Origin: Methanobacteriota archaeon
GTDB taxonomy: Archaea; Halobacteriota; Bog-38; Methanoflorentales; Methanoflorentaceae
DNA: 64,000 nucleotides
Assembly: GCA_963719035.1 (NCBI GenBank)
Contig: CAVRAO010000002.1
Coordinates: forward strand, 752,198 to 816,197
Direction of reading: 5' to 3'
Shown here: positions 39,325 to 48,292 of the stretch, piece by piece
How the letters are laid out: each line of letters opens with the position of its first letter
Position numbering within the stretch: the stretch's first letter is position 1
Program-made: the position numbers and the translations under genes
Notes under the pieces: model-generated
What the model was told of the DNA's origin: nothing
The model's database searches: none
Seen by the model: only the letters and a program-made list of their open reading frames with translations

Positions 39325-40080
39325 ACGGCATCTTCTCCGACATCGTCCGCGCCTCTCGCCCGTCGAGTTCTGCCGCAGCATCGGGTTCGAGCCGGACCCC
39401 TGGCAGCGCGACGTCCTGGAATCCCGGCACCCACGCATCCTGCTGAACGCCGCGCGCCAGACGGGAAAGTCGTGGGTCTCCGCCGCCAAGGCGGTTCATG
39501 TGGCGGTGTTCGAGCCCGGTAGCCTCGTGCTGGTCGTGGCGCCGTCGCTGCGCCAGTCACAGGAGCTCTACCTCAAGACCGCACCATCGCCCGCAGCATG
39601 GACGGCGGCGCCCGCCGGCCGACTCCGAGTCCGCCAGCGTGTGGACCCTCTCCAACGGCTCGCGGGTGGCGTGCTTGCCGGGCTCGGAGCAGACCATCCG
39701 CGCGTTCTCGAGTGTCCGGCTCCTTCTGCTCGATGAGGCGTCCCGCATCGAGGACGCGACTGTCACCGCGTGCAGGCCGTTCCTCGCCGTCAGCGGCGGC
39801 CAGATGATCGACGCTCTCCACGCCGGCCGGCTGCCGCGGGGCCTGGTACGAGATGTGGGAGAACGGTGGCAACGCCTACGAGCGCTACCGCGTCCCTGCC
39901 TCGGACTGCCCGCGCATGACCCCGGAGTTTCTCGCCGCCGAGCTCTCCGCCCTTGGCCAGCACATGTGGGACCAGGAGTACGCCTGCAGCTTCGTCTCGG
40001 GCAGCTTCGCCCTCTTCGATGAGGCTGCTCTGCAGGCCGTCTTCACCACCCAGTTCGCCCCCACCCTGACTGGAGCGTGA
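39321..40080 (+). CDS. Terminase large subunit, ATPase domain (frameshifted)
   Basis: 'DPWQRDVL', Walker A 'NAARQTGKS', 'VVAPSLRQS', Walker B 'LLLLDEASRI', 'STP.G.RG.WYEMW', 'DQEYACSF'. Confidence 0.85.
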
Positions 40081-40083
40081 CCT

Positions 40084-40835
40084 ATGGCCAACTACGTCAT
40101 CGGCTTCGACATCGGCAAGGCGGTCGACCCCTCTGCCTGCGTGGTCGTCGAGCGCTACCACGTGATCGCGGCCCCGTTCGACCCGCGCCCGCCGGAGCAG
40201 CGCTTCGAGTGGTACCCCAGCGACGACCTCGGCGAGCCGCAGACCGTCGACCACTTCCGCATCGCCCACCTCATGGAGCTCAAGCACACGCCCTACGAGG
40301 CGCAGATCGACGCGCTCTCCGAGCTCATGTCGACCCCCGAGCTGCGCGGCGACGCCTGGCTCGTCTACGACTCCACCGGCGTGGGCGCCGCCTTCGGCGC
40401 CATGGTCGACGTCGCCTGGCGCGAGGGCCGTCTGGGGCGCCACTTCTGGCCGCTGGGGAGCAGCATCGTCGCCGGCGACGGGCGCCCCGGCAGCGACGTC
40501 GGCACCTGGCAGAAGACGGTGAAGAAGGTCGACTGGTGGCCACGCTGCGCCTGGTGCTCGAGGAGAAGCGCGTGCACATCGCCGTGGGCCTGCCCGGATG
40601 CGAGCAGTGGCTCAAAGAGATGCGCTCCTTCACCGCCAAGCCGCAGACCACCGGCAACTACACCTATGAGAACGCCACCGCGAGCACACATGACGACTAC
40701 GTGATCGCGACGATGTACGCCGTGCACTTCCACAACTGGCAGTCCGAGCCGCGCTACCTCGACCCCGCCACCGGCGAGCTGCGCGAGAAGCCCGGCCACA
40801 TCGCTACCTACCCGCTCATCCACGTCCCCGAGTGA
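40084..40835 (+). CDS. Terminase large subunit, RNase H-like nuclease domain as a separate ORF (frameshift near 40535)
   Basis: 'YVIGFDIGKAVDPSA', 'VYDSTGVGAAFG', 'EMRSF', 'HDDYVIA'; own ATG preceded by GGAG. Confidence 0.8.
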
Positions 40836-40845
40836 AAGGAACACC

Positions 40846-40977
40846 ATGGCCATCACAGTACAGAACTTGCTGACAGGGGAGCAGCGGACCACGGCGGACC
40901 AAGACAAGATCGTCTGGTACCTGCTCCACCAAGACACCTGGGCGATCCTGGTCCCCGACGCCGACCCCGGAGCGTGA
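40846..40977 (+). CDS. Small hypothetical protein (43 aa)
   Basis: AAAGGA RBS, then MAITVQNLLTGEQRTTADQDKIVWYLLHQDTWAILVPDADPGA. Confidence 0.5.
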   Translation: MAITVQNLLTGEQRTTADQDKIVWYLLHQDTWAILVPDADPGA

Positions 40978-40981
40978 CACC

Positions 40982-41164
40982 ATGACCGATAAACGCACGC
41001 GCACGTACCAGCATGGGCTTTCGACGGAGATCCGCACCGTCGGCCCCGAGGAATTCGACTGGTACGAGAACAACCCGCCCTGGTACCGCATCGAGCCGAC
41101 CAAGAAGCCCGAGGCGTACCCGCCGTCGCAGCGGCCGGCCAAGGCCGCGAAGCCCAAGGCCTGA
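40982..41164 (+). CDS. Small hypothetical protein (60 aa)
   Basis: GC-biased codon usage, GGAG upstream, last gene before the hairpins. Confidence 0.5.
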   Translation: MTDKRTRTYQHGLSTEIRTVGPEEFDWYENNPPWYRIEPTKKPEAYPPSQRPAKAAKPKA

Positions 41165-41205
41165 CCGCCTGAGGATCGCGTGGGGTACGTCGGTACCGAC
41201 GCGAC

Positions 41206-41241
41206 GAGGCCCGCCGCCTATGTGTCGGGGCGGCGGGCCTC
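41206..41241 (+). terminator. GC-rich hairpin ending the element operon
   Basis: GAGGCCCGCCGCC-N10-GGCGGCGGGCCTC (13-bp stem). Confidence 0.6.
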
Positions 41242-41436
41242 TCTACGTTGTATCTGTCCGGGCGGCGGCGTAGCCTGTCCCCGGCAACCGGTCACGAAGT
41301 CCAGCGAGGCGCGGCGCTAAACGCGACTCGCGCAGCGGCCGCCCTTACCGGGGCGGCCGCTCGCGTGTTCGGGGCCCTACTCCTACCCTCTGACGCGCTG
41401 AAAGGCGCTAAAAACGGCCTCTACGTGCCACGTAAT

Positions 41437-42108
41437 AAAGAAAGGTTTCAAGAAGATGGGCCCGGCACGCTGCTTGAGCACTTTGTAAAAGAGGGACCTT
41501 CCAACGAGGTCATCAGCACGGACTATTGGACGCCCGAACTGATCAAGAAACTCGAAGTGACGGCCTTGCTCGGTGGAGTGCAAAGTGCCGTGAAGCACGT
41601 CAATCTAGCTGGCCGAAAGCGTTTGCTCGACATAGGCGGCGGACACGGGCTCTACAGCATCTTCTTTACGAAAAAACATCCGGAATTGCGAGCATGTGTC
41701 CTCGATTTACCTCAAGTCATCAAGGTGACAAATGAAAACATCAAGCGTTACGATGCAGCCGAGAGCGTGCGCGCAATCGCCGGGGACTATCACACCTTCA
41801 GCACAACTGAACGTTTTGACGCGGTGTTCTTAAGTAATGTCACTCCGTCACCAAGTGAACTGCGTTTACTGCTCAACAAGTCGCGCAGTTTCCTCAGCGA
41901 CGGCGGCGTCGTCATCCTCCGAAGCTTCATATCTGACAGCACGCCAGATGTCTGGTCAGCAGCAATCACGCTCGAGCGGTACGCACGACGCGGCCAGCGT
42001 GGCTTTGCCCGCAACGACCTGGTTGCTGCGTTGCATGAAACGGAGTTTACTGACGTGAAAGACGTTTATGCGGCTGAGGGTGTCGTCATCATGTGCGCGA
42101 CAAAGTGA
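41437..42108 (+). pseudogene. O-methyltransferase C-terminal SAM-binding part (continuation of the 32815 gene)
   Basis: 'RLLDIGGGHGLYS', 'VLDLPQVI', 'IAGDY', 'FDAVFLSNV', 'LSDGGVVIL'; in frame with 32815..33114 once the insert is removed (323 aa). Confidence 0.88.
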
Positions 42109-42253
42109 GCGTCCAACGCACACGACACGTTGACAGACCGGGTACCATTGCTTGCGCGTGGAGGGCCGCCTCGAGACATCTGCCCCCTTCTTTTACGTCT
42201 TCCAGTTGTCCGGCGGTTATTTCCACGACGATTGCGGAGGGACTCCGAAAGCC

Positions 42254-42619
42254 TTACCCCCGGTCTTTATAGACTTCGTCAGGATCGAACACTTTTTTTC
42301 CAATTATCGTCCCGTCGATGGTCCTAAAGAAGCACGATCGGAAGCCCGTGTGGCAGGCTGCTTTCACTTGATTCACCTTTATTACAAGTGCGTCGCTGTC
42401 ACAGTCAACTAAGATCTCCTTTACCCATTGAAAGTGGCCCGACACCTCCCCCTTTTTCCAAACTCGCCGATTTTTTCGGCTCCAATAGTGCACGTAGCCC
42501 GTCTTTCGGGTCAACTCGAACGCGTCCTCGTTCATAAAGGCGATCATCAGCACTTCGCCAGTCTCATTGTCCTGTGCAGCTACAGGAATAATACCATTCT
42601 TAAAATTAAGCTCCACCAT
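42254..42619 (-). CDS. hisI: Phosphoribosyl-AMP cyclohydrolase
   Basis: 'GEVLMIAFMN', 'YWSR...WKKGEVSGH', 'DCDSDAL', 'ACHTGFRSCFF'. Confidence 0.95.
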   Translation of the reverse strand: MVELNFKNGIIPVAAQDNETGEVLMIAFMNEDAFELTRKTGYVHYWSRKNRRVWKKGEVSGHFQWVKEILVDCDSDALVIKVNQVKAACHTGFRSCFFRTIDGTIIGKKVFDPDEVYKDRG

Positions 42620-42641
42620 GCGTGATTCCTCAGTGACGGGC

Positions 42642-43118
42642 TTAGCTCGATGCACGCCTCGTGTACATTGATCGTGTCTCTTGAAGGGTATCACCGTCTG
42701 ATACAATGCCAGCGTCGACTATACTGCCCACAACGACGACGTGGTCGCCAGCCTCTTTGCTCCACTTGACGCTGCAGTCCACGAATGCCAAACAGTCCTT
42801 AAGGATGGGCGAACCCGTGCTTCCCAGCTCGTACAACGTCTCAGTAAACTTGTCAACTTTCCTGCCTGAACTCTTGCCGAAAAGATCCACGAGCTCCGCC
42901 TGATCGGCTCTAAGAATGTTGATGGCGAACGCGTTGCTGTTTGTGACAAGGTCGTACGTGTAATGCAAAGGGTTCATGGCAACCATAACCAACGGCGGGA
43001 CAAATGACACCTGCGTTATCCAGCTTGCGATGAAGCCGCTCACATGACCGTTATAGCAGGCCGTGATGATCGCTATAGGGTTGATCAGTTTCCATAATGC
43101 GGTTTGTATGACATTCAT
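42642..43118 (-). CDS. Flavin reductase family protein
   Basis: 'SWITQVSFVPPLV', 'FAINIL', 'SGRKVDKF', 'GSPIL', 'AGDH'. Confidence 0.9.
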   Translation of the reverse strand: MNVIQTALWKLINPIAIITACYNGHVSGFIASWITQVSFVPPLVMVAMNPLHYTYDLVTNSNAFAINILRADQAELVDLFGKSSGRKVDKFTETLYELGSTGSPILKDCLAFVDCSVKWSKEAGDHVVVVGSIVDAGIVSDGDTLQETRSMYTRRASS

Positions 43119-43146
43119 GACGTCCTCTCCTGAACTTGTGGTACAC

Positions 43147-44376
43147 TTACGTGTTACTTAGCACGCGGTTTATGATCTGCTCGACGTCGAGTAACTCTTG
43201 CTCGCCTGTTTTTAGATTTCGCAGCGTGAGCTTCGAGGTCTGCATCTCTTTCTTTCCGATGATGACCGCATAGTCAAAGCCCGCACTGTTTGCGTACGCC
43301 AATTGCGCACGAACGGTTCTGTCCATAACGTCTATATCCGTTACAAGACGAGATCGCAGTTCATTCGCGACGTGAAGCGCGTAAATGCGTGCGTCGTTAG
43401 TCGGCACCACTAAGAGCCGCGGCGGTTCTGGCACCTGGGGATTGACAGCGTCTATTATCCTATCAAATCCAATGCCAAAGCCGGTCGATGGCACCTCCTC
43501 CCCGCCAAAGAGGTGGGCAAGCCGATATGAGCCTCCGCCCAATACCTGATTCTGAGCGCCGAGCGCGCCTGAGTACGCCTCAAAGACGATTCCCGTGTAG
43601 TATTCCAAGCCCCGCGCGATGCCGAAGTCAACAGTATACGAAACCGCGAGCGTATCGAGCAGCTCAAGAACGCGCATAAGGTGGTCAAGCGCAACGATAT
43701 TTTGCGCTTCGCTTAACGGATCCGCAGCTGAGATGAGGTCAACTGCGCGGTCCCCACCCGGGAGCTCCCCGAGGCGATCGAAGTCCCCTTTGTCGATAAG
43801 GCGCATGGCAAGAGCGCACGTTTCATCGTCGACATCACAAAAAATCGCTCTGAGCACATCTAGAGAGCCGACATGTATGTTGGCGTCGAGCGCGACGCCC
43901 CTCAGCATGCAGTGTGCGAGGGCGATGACCTCGGCGTCCGCTTCCGGAAGTGCGCTTCCTATGAGCTCGATTCCGAACTGCCAGAACTGACGGTATCGTC
44001 CTGATTGCGGTCGCTCATACCGAAAGCAATCGCCAAAATAATAGAGCTTGAGCGGCTTGGGGGCAGACTGGAGCTCGTTGACGTATAGGCGAGCGACCGG
44101 AGCGGTGAGTTCGGGTCGCAACGCCAACAACCTGCCGCCTTTGTCCGTAAAGCTGTAGAGCTCGTCGACAATCGCCTCGCCCGATTTGAGGGTAAAAAGC
44201 TCCAACGGTTCGAAAGCAGGGGTGGCGACCTCGCGATATCCCCACCGTTCAGCCACGTCTCTAAAGCGCGATTCGACGAAGCGCCGCCGCCTCATTTCCG
44301 CGGGTAAGAGATCCCGCGTGCCGCGGGGTCGCGCAAGTGGCGTTTTCTTCCCTGCCATCGTTTGTGGATCGCTCAC
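43147..44376 (-). CDS. hisS: Histidine--tRNA ligase
   Basis: 'PRGTRD', 'LRPELTAP', 'FRYERPQSGRYRQFWQ', 'RGLEYYTG', 'GGGSY'. Confidence 0.96.
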   Translation of the reverse strand: MSDPQTMAGKKTPLARPRGTRDLLPAEMRRRRFVESRFRDVAERWGYREVATPAFEPLELFTLKSGEAIVDELYSFTDKGGRLLALRPELTAPVARLYVNELQSAPKPLKLYYFGDCFRYERPQSGRYRQFWQFGIELIGSALPEADAEVIALAHCMLRGVALDANIHVGSLDVLRAIFCDVDDETCALAMRLIDKGDFDRLGELPGGDRAVDLISAADPLSEAQNIVALDHLMRVLELLDTLAVSYTVDFGIARGLEYYTGIVFEAYSGALGAQNQVLGGGSYRLAHLFGGEEVPSTGFGIGFDRIIDAVNPQVPEPPRLLVVPTNDARIYALHVANELRSRLVTDIDVMDRTVRAQLAYANSAGFDYAVIIGKKEMQTSKLTLRNLKTGEQELLDVEQIINRVLSNT

Positions 44377-44564
44377 CTTCGCCTCACCCCATTTCTTCCG
44401 TTTAATCGCACGCTCTGCACCTACAAAGACTTAGATAGCTTATTAATTATTGCTCTTGCGTTGCTTACGGGAACGTTCTCGGTGCCGATGCGTGTTACAT
44501 GCGCGTTGTTTCTTCAAGAACTGCTCTCAAGAAGTTCGGACGTCTCCATCCTCAGCACGTTACG

Positions 44565-45708
44565 TTAAAGCATTCCAATCGCCTGTGTAAGCCGTTCAAA
44601 CGCGTCGAGCGGCAACAAGTTGGTCGGTAAAACAGCAAGACAATACAGATAGCCCGCAACACAAAGCAGCGCTAACGGGATAAGGAAATAAATGCGTCTT
44701 TTTGGCATAAGCGCGTCAAAGCCGATAATCAGCGCAAATGGCGCAATGGGGAGCAAGTACCGACTGATATCCTCGTGGAGCACGAATAGCACCGGCACGA
44801 ACATGAAGAGCGCGTAGAGGAAGAGCTCCCGGTACCCCTTCTGATAGAGCTGGACGATCCCGATGCCATAGATGAAAAAGAGGATGACGTAAAGTTCAGC
44901 CGCAAACGCGCTGCTGCTTTCGGCCATTACGGCGTGTGTAGGAATGGTCAGCAAGGGAATGTCCAGAAGCGCTTGGTTCACAGCAAAATAGGCGAAGAAG
45001 TTGCCGAGCGAGTACGCATAAAACGAGAACAGCAGTAACAAGGAGGCTGGAATGGCGAGGGCCAACGCAAACCTCCGCGCTGTCAGTTTCTTGTTCCACA
45101 GCCACACACCAATCAATACAGGGAAGGTGATGATCCCCCATATTCTCGTGAGCGTCGCAAAAGCCCCCAAAAGGGTGGATTTTGTCGATTCGTCCTTCTT
45201 TAAGAAATAGAGCATCAACAGCGTGAGCAGGATGAAGAGTGGATCCGATGCGCCGATGCTCCGGTAGAGGAACCACCGGGGCGGAAAGAAGAGGAACAAC
45301 AGCGCCGAGGAAAAAGGATCGTGCACGAGTTTGAACCTCGCTATGAGGAAGTAAAAAACGACGACTGCTGCTGCTGAGATTGCAAGATTCGCGACGAGCA
45401 TCGCGACAAAGGGCGACAACGCCAGCGAGAAGATCCAGATCGCAACCGCATAGCCAGGCAAGTGCGCGGCATAGTACCTGTGCGGGCAAGAAGTACGCGC
45501 TGTAAAGCGGCGACGCCGGAGCATAGAACGTTTTTGAAACGACGACGTATAACGGTCCGTCGTAGTACCGCTCAAGCACCTGCATCCCTGTGACAGGCAG
45601 CTTCACGCCTAGAACAGCGTCAACGTTGAGGGCGAAGGGAAGGTACAAGAGCAGCGATGAGATGACAGAAACAGCGACGAGGATGACAACCTCAGTTCTC
45701 TCTTTCAT
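44565..45708 (-). CDS. GT-C-fold membrane glycosyltransferase-like protein (frameshift near 45490)
   Basis: 'YYDGPLY', 'AHLPGY', 'ASDPLF', 'ATLTRIWG', 'SRYLLP'; about 10 TM segments. Confidence 0.65.
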
Positions 45709-46096
45709 ATCTCGCGTCGGCGCGCGGTATGACGCCGGTTCCTACGATTTGTCCCTTAAGGTCTAAAACAAGGGGGCGCGCTTAATAAGCATTATGATGC
45801 GCCCAGTTCCTCAACGGGTAAGGACTGCACAATGCGCTTGGTGATTCGCTTCAAATCAGTAAAAAAACGCTCCCTACAACGGTCAATCAGAGTTCTCCAC
45901 CTTCGTGCCGTTAACCTCGGCCGGAGTCCGTTTCAGTGTGGCCGTAGCGGTTCGTTTCATGCTGCCCGCCCACGCATCGTCGCTGCTCGCGCCGATTGCG
46001 GCTGTCTTCTCCGACGTGAAACGTCAATTTCCAGAAAACCGCCTATGTTCTCTTCGAGGTTACATATTTATCATCAGCGCTAAAACAATACCCCAG

Positions 46097-46882
46097 ATGC
46101 CTTCCTTAGAAACGATCCTCAAGAGGCTTACAAATGGGGAGATTAACCACAACGAGGCCGAACGCATCATCCGGCGTGAGCTCAAAATTGATGAATACGC
46201 GAGGGTTGCCGACATTGCAAAGCTTGATACGGCACGAATGCATCGGGTAGGCATTCCTGAAGTTGTCTTAGCTGAGGGCAAAAACACGGGAGATCTCCTC
46301 GCTATCGTTGAAGCGCAACTCAAGGCTGAGGGGCGGGCGATTCTCACACGGGTCTCTGAGCAGCAACTGCAGGCACTTCAGCGATTTGATATCGAATGGC
46401 ATGATCGCGCCCGTATCGCCGTCATTGGAAAAAAGCCCCATTTTCAACATCGCGGACTGGTTGGCATCGTTTGCGCCGGTACTGCCGACATCTCAGTAGC
46501 CGAAGAGGCACGTGTCGTTGCAGAAGAGTTTGGTTGTATGACCCTTAAGTCCTACGACGTCGGCGTGGCGGGCATTCACAGACTGTACCCGGAGCTTCAG
46601 AAGCTACTTGACGCGGACGTGCTCATCGTTCTCGCTGGCAGAGAGGGGGCCCTTCCGACTGTCATCGCTGGTCTGACCGATATTCCGGTTATTGGCGTTC
46701 CGGTCTCAACGGGGTACGGCTTCGGTGGCCGAGGAGAGGCTGCGCTGCTAGCGATGCTGCAGTCGTGCTCGGTATTGGCCGTCGTGAACGTGGATGCGGG
46801 CTTTGTGGCCGGCGCTTTCGCCGCAAAAATCGCCACTCGAATGGCTCATTTGCCGCACTCCAACACTGAAGCAACTATTTAG
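46097..46882 (+). CDS. larB: Nickel-pincer cofactor biosynthesis protein LarB
   Basis: 'R.HRVGIPEVVLAEGK', 'AGTADISVAEEA', 'DVGVAGIHRL', 'AGREGALPTV', 'PVIGVPVSTGYG', 'VVNVDAGF'. Confidence 0.92.
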   Translation: MPSLETILKRLTNGEINHNEAERIIRRELKIDEYARVADIAKLDTARMHRVGIPEVVLAEGKNTGDLLAIVEAQLKAEGRAILTRVSEQQLQALQRFDIEWHDRARIAVIGKKPHFQHRGLVGIVCAGTADISVAEEARVVAEEFGCMTLKSYDVGVAGIHRLYPELQKLLDADVLIVLAGREGALPTVIAGLTDIPVIGVPVSTGYGFGGRGEAALLAMLQSCSVLAVVNVDAGFVAGAFAAKIATRMAHLPHSNTEATI

Positions 46883-47089
46883 CGAAAAGGCATGTCGTAC
46901 GATTAAAACGCTAAATCGGCATCCTTATCCTTGTTTCACTGCCGAACTAAGAGAGTTAAACTACGTTTTCAAGTTCTAACGGCTTGCGATGGGCGCCCGT
47001 TTCAAAGCATTGCAACTGAAAAAAGTAGGTGAAGGGATGATGAGGGCCCGTCACGTCATCTCAAAAAAACTGAGCAGACGGACTGTTTA

Positions 47090-47578
47090 TTAGCGTAAAA
47101 GCAGCCCGATTCTCTGCTTTATCTCCTCAAGGCTATCTGTTTCGAAGCCAAAATAGTCAGCGAACGTTTTCGTAGTTCGCAATAATCTTGTTCTTCCGTA
47201 GGGCTCAGATTCGACGAGCTTGCGCGCCTCAAGTTCGTGAACGTGCCCGTAAGCCTTATTTCCCCGAATTTCAGCCACCTTCGACTGCGTGACCGGTTGA
47301 TGGAATGCTATAACCGCAAGCGTGCGCAACGCTGGCGTTTCGAGGTCGCGCTGAGCGATCGGCCGCACCGCTTCGGCGTACTCACTCTTTACCTGCATGA
47401 CCACGTCTTCATCGGTCTGAACGATCTCGAGAGCGCCCCTCTCCCGATATTCCTTAACGAGTGACTCAACAATGTCTTCTACATCGGCATCAATACTCAC
47501 GATCGATTCAAGCTCAAGGAGCGTCAGCGGCCTGCCCGCGACGAACAACGCCGCCTCAACGAGTTCTCTATCCTTCAT
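47090..47578 (-). CDS. scpB: SMC-Scp complex subunit ScpB
   Basis: 'VEAALFVAGRPL', 'LRTLAVIAFHQPVTQS..AEIRG', 'TTKTFADYFG'. Confidence 0.93.
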   Translation of the reverse strand: MKDRELVEAALFVAGRPLTLLELESIVSIDADVEDIVESLVKEYRERGALEIVQTDEDVVMQVKSEYAEAVRPIAQRDLETPALRTLAVIAFHQPVTQSKVAEIRGNKAYGHVHELEARKLVESEPYGRTRLLRTTKTFADYFGFETDSLEEIKQRIGLLLR

Positions 47579-47603
47579 TGCCGCTCCTGAACTCGCACAG
47601 ACG

Positions 47604-48292
47604 TCAAAGGTTTTTGCATGTGATTGAGAGGTCGCCGAACAGCTCCTTTTGCTCGAGCTGGATTTGGCGCCGTGTCGCCATAAAGAGCAACGGAATGTAG
47701 GTTTCGACAATGGCTTCAACCGTGTTGTCGACAATGAGCTCGCTAAAAAGAATCTTATCACGCGACGCGAAGCGACGCTTGAGCTCGCTCTTCATATCTT
47801 TCACTTGTCTTTCGATATCCTCACTATGTGCCACAGCGAATGCATCGAACTCTTGTACTGATGGGGTACCAAACGCCGAATGTCTGACTTTTCCTTGCGC
47901 TTAGTCGCTTTCTTAAGCTCGTGGATGAGCTCTGAGAGCGTGACCCGCCGTTTCGCGTGCCGCCGCACCTTCGGCTTAAGCGCCGGGAAACACGCCTGAA
48001 GATCATCTTCACCCGGTTCTTCTTCGTCTAGGTCTTCCGGTTCCGATTCCTCCAGAGCGTCAGACTTCATCCTCAGCAGCATTGACGCGAAAAGGAGCGT
48101 TCTGCTCGACACCCGCAGATCGAGCTTCTCAAGCTCGGCGACCCGCGCGAGAAACCTATCGGTGACGTCAACGATATCGATGTCCCACGGATCGATCTCT
48201 CCATTTTTCGCGAGGGATACCAAGATGTCGATCGATCGTTCATCAAAGTCTGCGCCGTTAGCGGCGGCATCGGGGCTTCCCCCGCTTGTCAA
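47604..48292 (-). CDS. scpA: Kleisin ScpA (frameshifted)
   Basis: 'GEIDPWDIDIVDVTDRFL', 'LLRMKS', 'VTLSELI', 'YIPLLFMA...LEQKELFGDL'. Confidence 0.9.

Noticed and set aside
34561-41157. Many overlapping minus-strand ORFs in the insert
   Set aside because: Expected shadows in very GC-rich DNA; all recognisable motifs are on the + strand.
41248-41436. N-terminal extension of the 286-aa methyltransferase ORF
   Set aside because: GC-rich hairpin-containing element sequence that happens to be open in frame; host-like sequence starts near 41437.
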